A stretch of DNA of 64,000 nt from Prevotella sp. (GTDB taxonomy: Bacteria > Bacteroidota > Bacteroidia > Bacteroidales > Bacteroidaceae). A program made the position numbers and the translations under genes. Positions 36,020-46,410 of this stretch are shown here, piece by piece. The stretch's first letter is position 1, and every line of letters begins with the position of its first letter. The notes beneath the pieces were generated by a model that had not been told where the DNA came from, did no database searches, and saw nothing but the letters and a program-made list of their open reading frames with translations. The stretch is taken from assembly GCA_017459445.1 (NCBI GenBank), contig JAFUDJ010000021.1, forward strand, positions 19,363 through 83,362, in the 5' to 3' direction.

Positions 36020-36049
36020 CTTTTCTTATTGGTATGGAGGGACGCGGCG

Positions 36050-36844
36050 TTACAGCAGGTTGTCCTTCTCGATGTCCTTGAAGTATTTGTAGGTAGCCAC
36101 CTTCAGCTCGTCGGTAGCGGGCTCGTCGGCTACGATGATGCCGTGCTGGTGCATCTGCAGGGCCGAAATGGTCCACTCGTGCGTCACGGCGCCCTCGATG
36201 GCGGCCTTCAAGGCGCGTGCCTTGTGGTGTCCGTTGACCAGAATCATCACCTCGCGGGCATCCATCACGGTGCCTACGCCAACGGTCAGGGCCAGCTTGG
36301 GCACCTTGTTGACGTCGTTGTCGAAGAAGCGCGAGTTGGCAATGATGGTGTCGGTGGTCAGCGTTTTTACGCGGGTACGGCTGGTCAGCGAGCTGTACGG
36401 CTCGTTGAAGGCAATGTGTCCGTCGGGGCCGATACCGCCGATGAACAGGTCGATGCCGCCGGCCTCACGAATCATCTCCTCGTAGTGTGCACACTCGGCA
36501 GCCAAGTCCTTGGCGTTGCCGTTCAGGATATGGATGTTCTCTTTCGGGCAGTCGATGTGGTCGAACAGGTTGCGCGCCATGAACGAATGGTAGCTCTCGG
36601 GGTGCTCCTCGGGCAGGTTGACATACTCGTCCATGTTGAACGTCAGCACGTTCTTGAATGAAACACGGCCTTCCTTGTTGGCTTTCACCAGGCAGGCATA
36701 CATTCCCTCGGGTGAGGAGCCTGTGGGCAGGCCCAGCACGAAGGGCTTCTCTGCGGTGGGCTTGAAGGCATTGATACGCTCGATGACATGCTCGGCAGCC
36801 CACTGCGACATTTTCTGATAGTCAGATTCAATGATTACTCTCAT
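36050..36844 (-). CDS. nagB: glucosamine-6-phosphate deaminase
   Basis: [18 protein letters not shown] and [14 protein letters not shown]. Confidence 0.97.
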   Translation of the reverse strand: MRVIIESDYQKMSQWAAEHVIERINAFKPTAEKPFVLGLPTGSSPEGMYACLVKANKEGRVSFKNVLTFNMDEYVNLPEEHPESYHSFMARNLFDHIDCPKENIHILNGNAKDLAAECAHYEEMIREAGGIDLFIGGIGPDGHIAFNEPYSSLTSRTRVKTLTTDTIIANSRFFDNDVNKVPKLALTVGVGTVMDAREVMILVNGHHKARALKAAIEGAVTHEWTISALQMHQHGIIVADEPATDELKVATYKYFKDIEKDNLL

Positions 36845-36957
36845 AAGTCTAAAAATATAAAGTTTTTTGTCTTATCGGCTGCAAAGGTAAGAAAAAAATG
36901 GAAAAAACAAGCGATGCGATATATTTTTTTGACTTTTTATACGTTATTAATACGTAT

Positions 36958-38220
36958 ATGAAGGAATTTGTCATCTCAGAGGTCAAGGCCGAGACTGCCG
37001 TGCTGGTGGGGCTCATCACGCAGCAGCAGGACGAGGCGAAGACGAAGGAATATCTGGACGAGCTGGAGTTTCTGGCCGATACCGCCGGGGCCGTCACCGT
37101 GAAGCGCTTTACGCAGCGGGTGCAGGGCCCCAGTCAGGTGACGTATGTCGGCAAGGGCAAGCTGGAAGAAATCAAGCAATATATCAGGAACGAGGAGGAC
37201 AACGACCGTGAAGTGGGCATGGTCATCTTCGACGACGAGCTGTCGGCCAAGCAAATCCGCAACATCGAGGCGGAGCTGAAGGTGAAAATCCTGGACCGCA
37301 CGTCGCTGATTCTCGACATCTTCGCCATGCGTGCCCAGACGGCGGAGGCCAAGACGCAGGTGGAGCTGGCGCAATACCGCTACATGCTGCCCCGTCTGCA
37401 ACGGCTGTGGACGCACTTGGAGCGTCAGGGCGGCGGCTCGGGAAGCGGCGGCGGAAAGGGTAGCGTGGGACTGCGCGGCCCTGGTGAGACGCAGCTGGAG
37501 ATGGACCGCCGCATCATCCTGCACCGCATCACGCTGCTGAAGCAGCGCCTGCAGGAGATAGACCAGCAGAAGACGACGCAGCGCAAGAACCGTGGACGGC
37601 TGATTCGCGTGGCGTTGGTGGGCTATACCAACGTGGGCAAGTCGACCATGATGAACCTGCTGGCCAAGAGCGACGTCTTTGCTGAGAACAAGCTGTTTGC
37701 CACGCTCGACACGACGGTCCGCAAAATGGTCATCGACAACCTGCCGTTCCTGCTGGCTGACACCGTGGGCTTCATCCGTAAACTGCCTACCGACCTCGTG
37801 GACTCGTTCAAGTCGACACTCGACGAGGTGCGCGAGGCTGATTTGCTGGTGCACGTCGTAGACATCTCGCATCCTGACTTCGAGGAGCAAATCACGGTCG
37901 TAGAGAAAACGCTGGCCGATTTGGGCTGTGCCGAAAAGCCGGTGCTGCTCGTGTTCAACAAGATTGATGCCTACACATGGACGCCGCAGGACGCTGACGA
38001 CCTGACGGCGCCTACGCGAGAAAACATTTCGCTGGATGAACTGAAGCGGACCTGGATGGCGAAAATGAGTGAAAACTCGTGGGCTGCCGCTCCGCTGTTT
38101 ATCAGTGCCAAAGACAAGCAGAATATCGACGAGCTGCGGGAGGTGCTATATAAAAAGGTACGCGAGCTGCATGTGCAGAAGTACCCCTATAACGACTTCC
38201 TTTACAATATTGACGAATAA
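36958..38220 (+). CDS. hflX: GTPase HflX
   Basis: ILDRTSLILDIFA.RA, GPGETQLEMDRR, VGYTNVGKST, LFATLD, DTVGFI and NKID. Confidence 0.97.
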   Translation: MKEFVISEVKAETAVLVGLITQQQDEAKTKEYLDELEFLADTAGAVTVKRFTQRVQGPSQVTYVGKGKLEEIKQYIRNEEDNDREVGMVIFDDELSAKQIRNIEAELKVKILDRTSLILDIFAMRAQTAEAKTQVELAQYRYMLPRLQRLWTHLERQGGGSGSGGGKGSVGLRGPGETQLEMDRRIILHRITLLKQRLQEIDQQKTTQRKNRGRLIRVALVGYTNVGKSTMMNLLAKSDVFAENKLFATLDTTVRKMVIDNLPFLLADTVGFIRKLPTDLVDSFKSTLDEVREADLLVHVVDISHPDFEEQITVVEKTLADLGCAEKPVLLVFNKIDAYTWTPQDADDLTAPTRENISLDELKRTWMAKMSENSWAAAPLFISAKDKQNIDELREVLYKKVRELHVQKYPYNDFLYNIDE

Positions 38221-38238
38221 CCAAACACAAGATAACTT

Positions 38239-40092
38239 ATGAGAGATTACAGATTACTGACGCAAGAGGAGATTGAGGTGCTCGAAAGCAATAGCTGTTG
38301 GGCCGAGGACTGGAACCGCGTAAAGGTGGCCGAGGACTTTTCACCCTACGGCTTCCACCGTGTAGTATTTTACGGCGACATCCGCTTAGGAGTCTTCGAG
38401 AAGCAGGTGGAGGTGACCAAAGGCTTTACCAAGCGTGCCGGCATCAACGACGCCACGCTGCGCAATGTCACCGTGGGCGACAACTGTCTCATCGAGAAGG
38501 TGGGCAACTTCATCAACAACTATGCCATCGGCGACGACTGCTACATATCGAACATCTGCACCATGGAGACCACCGAGGGAGCTACCTACGGCGAAGGCCA
38601 TCTGGTCAGCGTGCTCAACGAGATGGGCGACGGCAACGTCATCCTGTTCCACGACCTGAACTCGCAGCTGGCAGCCTTCATGGTCAAGTACTTCAACGAC
38701 CGCCAGCTGAAGGACAACATCACGCGGCTCATCAACGAGGAGATTCGCTTCACGCAGCCTGAGCGCGGCACCATTGGCAACGGTGTGAAAATCATCAACT
38801 CGAAGGAGATTACCAATACCGTCGTGAAGGACGACTGCGAAATCAACGGAGCTGCACGGCTCAGCGACTGCACCATCATGTCGTCGAAGGATGCCTCGGT
38901 GTATATCGGCACGGGTGTCATCTGCGAGAACTCCATCATCTGCAATGGCTGTAGCATCACCAATAGCGTAAAGATGCAGGACTGCTTCGTCGGCGAGGCC
39001 TGCACCATCACCAACGGCTTCACGGCGGAGGCCAGCGTCTTCTTCGCCAACAGCTACATGGCCAACGGCGAGGCGTGTGCCGCCTTCTGCGGCCCCTTCT
39101 CGGCCTCGCATCACAAGAGCTCGTTGCTTATCGGCGGCGAATTCTCGTTCTACAATGCCGGCTCCAACACCAATTTCTCCAACCATGCCTACAAGATGGG
39201 CCCGCTGCACTACGGTACCTTGGAGCGCGGCACGAAGACGGCCAGCGGAGCCTACGTGCTGATGCCGGCTAAAATCGGGGCTTTCTCAGTGTGCTTCGGC
39301 AAACTGATGAACCATCCCGACATGCGCTGTCTGCCCTTTGCCTATCTGCTGGCCTACGGCGAGACCATGTACATCGTGCCCGGCCGCAACATCACTACCG
39401 TCGGCCTGTACCGCGACATCAAGAAGTGGCCCAAGCGCGACAAGCGTGCAGCCTCCTGCCGCAAGTCAATCATCAACTTCGACTGGCTCTCGCCCTTTAC
39501 CGTCGGCGAAATCGTGCAGGGCAAGAAAATCCTGGAGGCGCTGCGCCATGCCGGAGGCGACAATGTGTCCAGCTATAACTATCATGAATACATCATCAAT
39601 GCCTCGTCGCTGAAGAAAGGCATCAAGTATTACGACATCGCCCTGCGCATCTACATGGGTGCCGTGCTGAAGCGTGCCGTCAAGGAGGGATTCATGGACA
39701 AGCCGACGACTACGATTGGCGAGGGCGAATGGAACGACCTGAGCGGTCTGCTCCTGCCGGCCAGCGAGGAACAGCGGCTTATCGACGACATCAAGAGCGG
39801 TGCCATTGAGAGCATCAAGGACGTACTCGACCGCTTCGACGACATCAACGAGCACTACCGTGAGTACCAGTGGACATGGACCTATAAGCTCATCCTCGAC
39901 TACTACGGACTGGAGGAACTGACCGAGAGCGCCATCCAGCGCATCCGTGAGGACTATGTCCGTGCACGCCGTGCCTGGATTGCCGAAATCCGCAAGGATG
40001 CCGAGAAGGAGTTCGCCATGGGTGACGTGGAGCAGGAAGTCTTCGACGATTTTATCTCGAAATTAGACCACGAAATAGACTATGAAGATTAA
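38239..40092 (+). CDS. DUF4954 family protein
   Basis: YRLLTQEEI..LE.N.C.AEDW, beta-helix-like repeats, GPFSASHHKSSLLI and SNHAYKMGP. Confidence 0.88.
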   Translation: MRDYRLLTQEEIEVLESNSCWAEDWNRVKVAEDFSPYGFHRVVFYGDIRLGVFEKQVEVTKGFTKRAGINDATLRNVTVGDNCLIEKVGNFINNYAIGDDCYISNICTMETTEGATYGEGHLVSVLNEMGDGNVILFHDLNSQLAAFMVKYFNDRQLKDNITRLINEEIRFTQPERGTIGNGVKIINSKEITNTVVKDDCEINGAARLSDCTIMSSKDASVYIGTGVICENSIICNGCSITNSVKMQDCFVGEACTITNGFTAEASVFFANSYMANGEACAAFCGPFSASHHKSSLLIGGEFSFYNAGSNTNFSNHAYKMGPLHYGTLERGTKTASGAYVLMPAKIGAFSVCFGKLMNHPDMRCLPFAYLLAYGETMYIVPGRNITTVGLYRDIKKWPKRDKRAASCRKSIINFDWLSPFTVGEIVQGKKILEALRHAGGDNVSSYNYHEYIINASSLKKGIKYYDIALRIYMGAVLKRAVKEGFMDKPTTTIGEGEWNDLSGLLLPASEEQRLIDDIKSGAIESIKDVLDRFDDINEHYREYQWTWTYKLILDYYGLEELTESAIQRIREDYVRARRAWIAEIRKDAEKEFAMGDVEQEVFDDFISKLDHEIDYED

Positions 40093-42994
40093 ACAGTTAT
40101 TGGTATTAGGTATTGGCTGTTGCGTCTTGGGTGTTAGTAACGCACAAGCCAAAGACTACAAGTACGAGACGGTGCCTGGCGACTTGACCAAGACCCGTAT
40201 CTACACGTTGGACAATGGCCTGAGGGTTTACCTCAGCGTCAACAAGGAGAAGCCGCGCATTCAGACCTACATCGCCGTGAGGACGGGTAGCAAGAACGAC
40301 CCCGCCGAGACGACGGGCCTGGCACACTATCTGGAGCACCTCATGTTCAAGGGCACCAGTCTTTTCGGCACTACCAATCCGGTTGCCGAGGCTCCTTTGC
40401 TGGACGAAATCGAGCAGCGCTATGAGGCGTATCGCCGTCTCACTGACCCTGACGAGCGCCGCATGGCCTATCATGCGATTGACAGCGTGTCGCAGCTGGC
40501 AGCCCGCTACTTCATCCCCAACGAGTACGACAAGCTGATGGCCACCATTGGTGCCGAGGGCACCAATGCTTTCACGTCGAACGACGTGACGTGCTACGTC
40601 GAGGACATCCCGTCGAACGAGATAGAGAACTGGGCCAGAATCCAGGCCGACCGTTTCCAGCACATGGTTATCCGTGGCTTCCATACTGAGTTGGAGGCTG
40701 TCTATGAAGAGTACAACATGTACCTGACCGACGACGGCGACAAGATTTTCAGCGCCTTGGGCAAGAAGCTGACGCCGACGCATCCCTACGGCACGCAGAC
40801 CACCATCGGCACGCAGGAGCACTTGAAGAATCCCAGCATCACCAATATCAAGAATTACTTCCGCCATTGGTACGTGCCCAACAATGTGGCCATCTGCATG
40901 GCCGGCGACTTCGACCCCGACCAGACCGTAGCCATCATCGAGCGCTATTTCGGCCAGTGGAAGCCCGGCAACGACGTGGCACAACCGGTGTTCCCGGAGC
41001 AAAAACCGCTGACGGCACCCACCGATACCACCATCATCGGCCAGCAGGCTGAGCAGGTATGGATGGGATGGCTGGCCAAACGGGCCAACGACTTGCAGTG
41101 CGACACGCTGGACGTTATCGAACAGATGCTCAGCAACGGCAAGGCCGGACTCTTCGACCTCAACCTCAATCAGGACATGAAGGTACAGACTGCGCAGGGC
41201 GGCCTCCAGACCCAGCAGGACTATTCGTGGTTCCTGCTCATCGGCATGCCCAAGCCCGGCCAGTCGCTCCAGGAGGTCCGTTCGCTGCTTCTCGGCGAGG
41301 TGGAGAACCTGAAGCAAGGCCGTTTCCCCGACGACCTGCTGCCCGCAGTGGTCAACAACATGAAGCTGAGCTACCAGCAGGCACTCGACAACAACCGCTG
41401 GCGCACCTCCGAGCACATGCAAGCCTTTGTCAACGGCGAGCCGTGGCAGCAGCATGTGGGCAAGATGGAACGCATCTCGCACATGACCAAGCAGGAGATA
41501 GTCGACTTTGCACGCCGCTTCTTCACCGACGGCTATGCCACCGTGTTCAAGGAGCAGGGTGTCGACACGCTGCAGAAGAAGATAGACAAGCCGGCCATCA
41601 CGCCCATTCCCACCAACCGCGACCTCGTGAGCGACTTCGTCAAGGAGATACAGAATAGCAAGGTGGAGCCTATCCAGCCGCAGTTCCTTGACTTCAGCCG
41701 CGACCTTACCGTGGCATCTGTGAAGAAGGGCTTACCCCTTCTTTATAAGCAGAACACGGACAACGACCTGTTTACCCTTATCTTCCGCTACGACTTCGGC
41801 CATGAGGACGACAACCGCTACGACATCGCCAGCAGCTATATCGACTTCGTGGGCACCGACAAGCTGTCGGCTGCTGACATCAAGCAGCAGTTCTACGGCA
41901 TGGCATGTAACTACAACGTCAATGTCAATGCCGACAATCTGACCGTCTCGCTGTCGGGACTCAGCGAGAACATGCCTGCTGCCTTGAAGCTTATGGAGGA
42001 TGTGCTGCACCACGCCAAGGCCGACCGGGCTTCCTACGACCAGTTTGTCGACCTCATCCTTAAGGCGCGCGACGACAATAAGAAGGACCAGCGTACCTGC
42101 TTCGACTATCTTTACCATTATGCCGTCTACGGTCCTCACAACATGCGGCGCGACGACATGACGGCCCAGCAGTTGCGCGAGGCCGACCCGCAGCAGCTGT
42201 TAAGCCTGCTGGCTGACTTGGATAAGATGCAGCACAGCGTGCTCTACTACGGACCGATGACGCAGAAGGAGCTGACGGCTGCGGTGACCAAGCTCCACAA
42301 GACACCGGAAAAGCTGGCCGATGTGCCTCACGGACAGCCGTATACTGCCCAGCAGACACCGCAGAACGAGGTGTGGCTTGCCCCCTACGATGCCAAGAAC
42401 ATCTATATGCGTATGTACCATAACGAGGGGCGCGACTTCAATCCAGCCGAGGCTGCCGTCGTTACGGCCTTCAACGAATACTTCGGCGGCGGCATGAACG
42501 GCATCGTGTTCCAGGAGTTGCGCGAGGCGCGCGGCCTGGCCTACAATGCCTTTGCCAACTATAGTCGCATCCGTCGGACAGGGGAGAAGGAGAGCTTCTT
42601 TACCCATATCATTACACAGAACGACAAGATGATGGACTGCGTACGGCAGTTCCACCAGATTCTCGACACCATCCCGCAGTCGGAGGCTGCCTTCCAGATT
42701 GCCAAGGAGGCCGTGGTGAAGCAGATGGCCAGCCAGCGTACAACTAAGATGGGCGTCATCAGTGCCTATATCAACATGCAGCGCCTCGGTCTTGACTACG
42801 ACCTCAACGAGAAGATTTACAAGGCCCTGCCGCAGGTGACGCTACAGGACATCGTACGCTTCGAACAGCAGCAGATGGCTCGCAAGCCTTACCGCTACGT
42901 CATCCTGGGCGACGAGCAGGAACTTGACGTGCCGGCACTGGAACAGATAGCGCCCCTGCACCGCCTGACGCTGGAGGAAGTCTTCGGATATTAG
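40082..42994 (+). CDS. M16 family zinc peptidase (insulinase)
   Basis: GLAHYLEHLMFKGT (HxxEH), NAFTS and ELREARGLAY; signal peptide. Confidence 0.93.
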   Translation: MKIKQLLVLGIGCCVLGVSNAQAKDYKYETVPGDLTKTRIYTLDNGLRVYLSVNKEKPRIQTYIAVRTGSKNDPAETTGLAHYLEHLMFKGTSLFGTTNPVAEAPLLDEIEQRYEAYRRLTDPDERRMAYHAIDSVSQLAARYFIPNEYDKLMATIGAEGTNAFTSNDVTCYVEDIPSNEIENWARIQADRFQHMVIRGFHTELEAVYEEYNMYLTDDGDKIFSALGKKLTPTHPYGTQTTIGTQEHLKNPSITNIKNYFRHWYVPNNVAICMAGDFDPDQTVAIIERYFGQWKPGNDVAQPVFPEQKPLTAPTDTTIIGQQAEQVWMGWLAKRANDLQCDTLDVIEQMLSNGKAGLFDLNLNQDMKVQTAQGGLQTQQDYSWFLLIGMPKPGQSLQEVRSLLLGEVENLKQGRFPDDLLPAVVNNMKLSYQQALDNNRWRTSEHMQAFVNGEPWQQHVGKMERISHMTKQEIVDFARRFFTDGYATVFKEQGVDTLQKKIDKPAITPIPTNRDLVSDFVKEIQNSKVEPIQPQFLDFSRDLTVASVKKGLPLLYKQNTDNDLFTLIFRYDFGHEDDNRYDIASSYIDFVGTDKLSAADIKQQFYGMACNYNVNVNADNLTVSLSGLSENMPAALKLMEDVLHHAKADRASYDQFVDLILKARDDNKKDQRTCFDYLYHYAVYGPHNMRRDDMTAQQLREADPQQLLSLLADLDKMQHSVLYYGPMTQKELTAAVTKLHKTPEKLADVPHGQPYTAQQTPQNEVWLAPYDAKNIYMRMYHNEGRDFNPAEAAVVTAFNEYFGGGMNGIVFQELREARGLAYNAFANYSRIRRTGEKESFFTHIITQNDKMMDCVRQFHQILDTIPQSEAAFQIAKEAVVKQMASQRTTKMGVISAYINMQRLGLDYDLNEKIYKALPQVTLQDIVRFEQQQMARKPYRYVILGDEQELDVPALEQIAPLHRLTLEEVFGY

Positions 42995-43032
42995 CGCACC
43001 TTCAGCATGTCTGCTGACATGGTGATGGCATA

Positions 43033-43074
43033 AAAAAGCACTAAGAATGTCTCACGACATTCTTAGTGCTTTTT
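43033..43074. terminator. bidirectional rho-independent terminator
   Basis: aaaaagcactaagaatgtc-tcac-gacattcttagtgcttttt. Confidence 0.85.
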
Positions 43075-43175
43075 CTAACTAACTTATTATCAACTATTCA
43101 TTACTCATTAATAAACTTGTTGCAAAGATACGTACTTTTGTGACGAAATGATACAAAAATATGCAAAAAACGTAC

Positions 43176-43213
43176 GTAAACGTTTGCGGTTTCATAGAAA
43201 TTGTGTATCTTTG
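43176..43213 (+). promoter_or_regulatory. promoter of the LacI gene with an overlapping LacI-type operator
   Basis: GTAAACGTTTGC (43176-43187, fits GnAAnCGnTTnC) overlaps the -33 TTTG; -7 TATCTTTG at 43206. Confidence 0.6.
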
Positions 43214-43235
43214 CCACGACTAAGAACCGTTTTCT

Positions 43236-44261
43236 ATGAGTAACCAGAGACAACATAGGATATCGCTCAAGGATTTGGCCACGGAGTTAGGTGTCAGTAT
43301 TGCCACTGTCAGTCGTGCGTTACGCAACTCTCCGGAGATAGGCAAGGAGATGCAGCAGCGCGTCAAGGATTTGGCCAAGAAGCTGAACTACCGTCCCAAC
43401 CCCTTTGCGCAGAGCCTGCGCAAGGATGCCCCCAGGATTATCGGCGTTGTGGTGCCCAACCTCGTCACCCATTATTATGCTGCGGTGCTTGACGGTATTG
43501 AGGATGAGGCCCGCCGTGCGGGCTACAGCGTCATCAGTGCCAACAGCCATGAGCGCTTCGAAGATGAGCTTCAGGCCATTGACAATTTCATCAACCTTCA
43601 TGTGGAGGGCATCGTAGCCTGTCTGGCGCAGACGACGACCGACTATACACACTTCGAGGACTTAGCCCGGATGGGGATACCCTTGGTGTTCTTCGGACGT
43701 ACCTGCCTCACCGAACGGTTCTCCAGCGTGACGGCCAATGGCGACGAGGCTGCCCAGCTTGCCACGCAGCACCTGATAGACAAGGGAAGCCGGCGGATAG
43801 CCTTCCTGGGCGGTCCTAATCACCTCGACATGGTGCGGCGGCGCAAGCACGGCTACTTGGAGGCGCTGCGCGAGAACCATCTGACTATCGACCGCGACTT
43901 GGTGGTATGCGGCAAGATTGACTATGAGGTAGCCATGAAAGCCACGCAGGAACTGCTACAGCGCGACAACCGTCCTGATGCCATCCTGGCTTTCAACGAC
44001 ATCATCACCTTTGCTGCCTTTACGGCCATCAAGAACAGTGGGTTGCGCATACCGGAGGATGTGGCGCTGATAGGCTTTACCGACGATGTGCATGCGGCTT
44101 ACGTCACTCCGCGCATGTCGGCCATCGAGGACCAGTCGCATCAGATTGGCGTCACGGCTTGTCAGTTGTTGCTCAAGTCCATCAATGGCGATACCCGGGT
44201 GTACCACGAAATCGTGCCCCAGCAACTGGTTATCCGCGACACCTCGTCAAAACTGCTGTAA
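43236..44261 (+). CDS. LacI family transcriptional regulator
   Basis: ISLKDLATELGVSIATVSRAL HTH, YRPN..AQSL and GLRIPEDVALIGF. Confidence 0.95.
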   Translation: MSNQRQHRISLKDLATELGVSIATVSRALRNSPEIGKEMQQRVKDLAKKLNYRPNPFAQSLRKDAPRIIGVVVPNLVTHYYAAVLDGIEDEARRAGYSVISANSHERFEDELQAIDNFINLHVEGIVACLAQTTTDYTHFEDLARMGIPLVFFGRTCLTERFSSVTANGDEAAQLATQHLIDKGSRRIAFLGGPNHLDMVRRRKHGYLEALRENHLTIDRDLVVCGKIDYEVAMKATQELLQRDNRPDAILAFNDIITFAAFTAIKNSGLRIPEDVALIGFTDDVHAAYVTPRMSAIEDQSHQIGVTACQLLLKSINGDTRVYHEIVPQQLVIRDTSSKLL

Positions 44262-44292
44262 TCGCCATATACGGGCTGGCGGGCACTTGTAT

Positions 44293-45375
44293 TTATTCCC
44301 GCTTCACCTTCACCACGTATTTCTGGTAGTAGCTGATGAGCAGTGTCGTCATCGGCAGGGCAATAATCATGCCCAGAATGCCCAGCAGCGAGCCCCAGAT
44401 GCTGAGCGACAGCAGGATGATGGCTGAGTTGAGGCCGGTGACGTGCCCCATGATGCGCGGCGTGAGGATGGTGTCCTGGATAATCTGTACCACGGCGAAG
44501 ACGATGAGGGCAGCCAGCAGAATCATCCAGAAGCTCTCTCCCGTGTCGGCCGCCTTCACCACGGCCAGGAGTATGGTGGGAATGAAGCCTATCAGCTGCA
44601 AGTAAGGCACCATGTTGAGCAGGCCGATGAACATGCCCAGCCCGATGGCCATGGGGAAGTCGATAATCAGGAAGCCGATGCTGAACAGCACGCCCACGCA
44701 GAGCGCCACCAGTCCTTGTCCCCGGAAGTAGAGGTTCATGCCTTGCCCGATGTCGCTTACCAGTTTTTGCGTGAAGCGGCGGTAGCGGCGCGGCAGCAGC
44801 TGTACCCAGCCTTGCGAGATGTCCTCATAGTCAAGTAATATAAATAAGGTGTAGAGCAGTACCATGGTAAGGGAAAACACGCTCGACACAATATTGATGG
44901 ACTGTGTGATGACGCTCCAGACCTTCGGAAAGAGCTGCTTGAGGCTGTCGATGAAACCCTCCTGCGTGATAAGGCTCTTCACGTCGCTGGCGTTGACGTG
45001 CTCGTGGATGAACTCCTCTATCATCCTGGGTATGTTGCTCATCGTCTCGTTGTTCGACACGTAGCTCACTATCAGGTCTTTCACCCGTAGCGTCTCGTCA
45101 ATCATCGGCGGTATCATCAGCCAGAACAGCCCCGTCAGCACACTGCCCACCACGATGAAGGCGCAGGTGATGCCCAGTATGCGGTACTTCATGCGGCAGC
45201 GATACTGGAAGAACTTCACAAGCGGAAACAGCAGGTAGGCTATGAGCCATGCCAAGAAGAACGGCAGCAGCACCGTGCTCAGCCGGTTGAGCAGCATGAC
45301 AAGGCCCACGAACAGGAGGACGGCAAGGATGCCGCGCACAAAACTGTCGAAGGTTATCGGTCTCTTTCTTTCCAT
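44293..45375 (-). CDS. AI-2E family transporter
   Basis: Start MERKRPITFD; LLPFFLAWLIAYLLFP, YFRGQ, LNMVPYL, LTPRIMG and GILGMIIALP. Confidence 0.9.
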   Translation of the reverse strand: MERKRPITFDSFVRGILAVLLFVGLVMLLNRLSTVLLPFFLAWLIAYLLFPLVKFFQYRCRMKYRILGITCAFIVVGSVLTGLFWLMIPPMIDETLRVKDLIVSYVSNNETMSNIPRMIEEFIHEHVNASDVKSLITQEGFIDSLKQLFPKVWSVITQSINIVSSVFSLTMVLLYTLFILLDYEDISQGWVQLLPRRYRRFTQKLVSDIGQGMNLYFRGQGLVALCVGVLFSIGFLIIDFPMAIGLGMFIGLLNMVPYLQLIGFIPTILLAVVKAADTGESFWMILLAALIVFAVVQIIQDTILTPRIMGHVTGLNSAIILLSLSIWGSLLGILGMIIALPMTTLLISYYQKYVVKVKRE

Positions 45376-45450
45376 AACACTTGCAAAAGTACGAATTATT
45401 TTTGAAATATGAAAAAAAATAAGTACCTTTGCATCGTAATATATTGCAAT

Positions 45451-46410
45451 ATGGGTATTTTTGGATTTTTTAGCAAGGAAAAGAAACAGACGCTGGACAA
45501 GGGACTGGAGAAGACCAAGACCAGTGTGTTCGACAAACTGGCACGGGCCGTGGCCGGTAAGTCGAAGGTAGATGACGACGTACTCGACAATCTGGAAGAG
45601 GTGCTGATAACCTCGGACGTGGGCGTGGAGACGACACTGAAAGTCATCGAGCGCATTGAAGAGCGCGTAGCCCGCGACAAGTATGTGTCGACGAGCGAGC
45701 TGAATGGTATCCTGCGTGATGAGATTGCTTCGCTCTTGGCAGAGAATAATACCGACGATAACGACCAGTGGGACCTGCCGGGCGACCATAAGCCATACGT
45801 CATTCTGGTGGTTGGTGTGAACGGTGTCGGCAAGACGACGACCATCGGCAAGCTGGCTTGGCAGTTCAAGCAGGCCGGTAAGAAAGTGTATCTGGGTGCT
45901 GCCGATACGTTCCGGGCAGCGGCTGTGGAGCAGCTGTGCATCTGGGGCGAGCGCGTTGGAGTGCCGGTGGTGAAGCAGCAAATGGGCTCAGACCCAGCCT
46001 CGGTGGCCTTCGACACCATTCAGAGTGCCAAGGCTAACGGTGCCGACGTGGTGCTTATCGACACGGCAGGCCGTCTGCACAACAAGGTCGGACTGATGAA
46101 CGAGCTGAAGAAAATCAAGGATGTCATGAAGAAAGTCATGCCTGAGGCCCCCGACGAAGTGTTGCTGGTGTTGGACGGCTCGACCGGACAGAACGCCTTC
46201 GAGCAGGCCCGCCAGTTCTCGGCAGTGACACAGATAACGAGCCTGGCCATCACCAAGCTCGACGGCACGGCCAAGGGCGGCGTGGTGATAGGCATTTCCG
46301 ACCAGTTGAAAGTGCCCGTGAAGTATATCGGGTTGGGCGAGGGCATGGAGGACTTGCAGCTTTTCAACCGTCGGCAGTTTGTGGATTCGCTGTTTAAGAG
46401 TGAAAAGTGA
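45451..46410 (+). CDS. ftsY: signal recognition particle receptor FtsY
   Basis: GVNGVGKTTT, DTFRAAA, DTAGR and TKLDGTAKGG. Confidence 0.97.
   Translation: MGIFGFFSKEKKQTLDKGLEKTKTSVFDKLARAVAGKSKVDDDVLDNLEEVLITSDVGVETTLKVIERIEERVARDKYVSTSELNGILRDEIASLLAENNTDDNDQWDLPGDHKPYVILVVGVNGVGKTTTIGKLAWQFKQAGKKVYLGAADTFRAAAVEQLCIWGERVGVPVVKQQMGSDPASVAFDTIQSAKANGADVVLIDTAGRLHNKVGLMNELKKIKDVMKKVMPEAPDEVLLVLDGSTGQNAFEQARQFSAVTQITSLAITKLDGTAKGGVVIGISDQLKVPVKYIGLGEGMEDLQLFNRRQFVDSLFKSEK

Noticed and set aside
45376-45981. Long N-terminal extension of the AI-2E transporter in the ORF track
   Set aside because: It is antisense to ftsY. The real start is at 45375, with its own TACTTTTG promoter.
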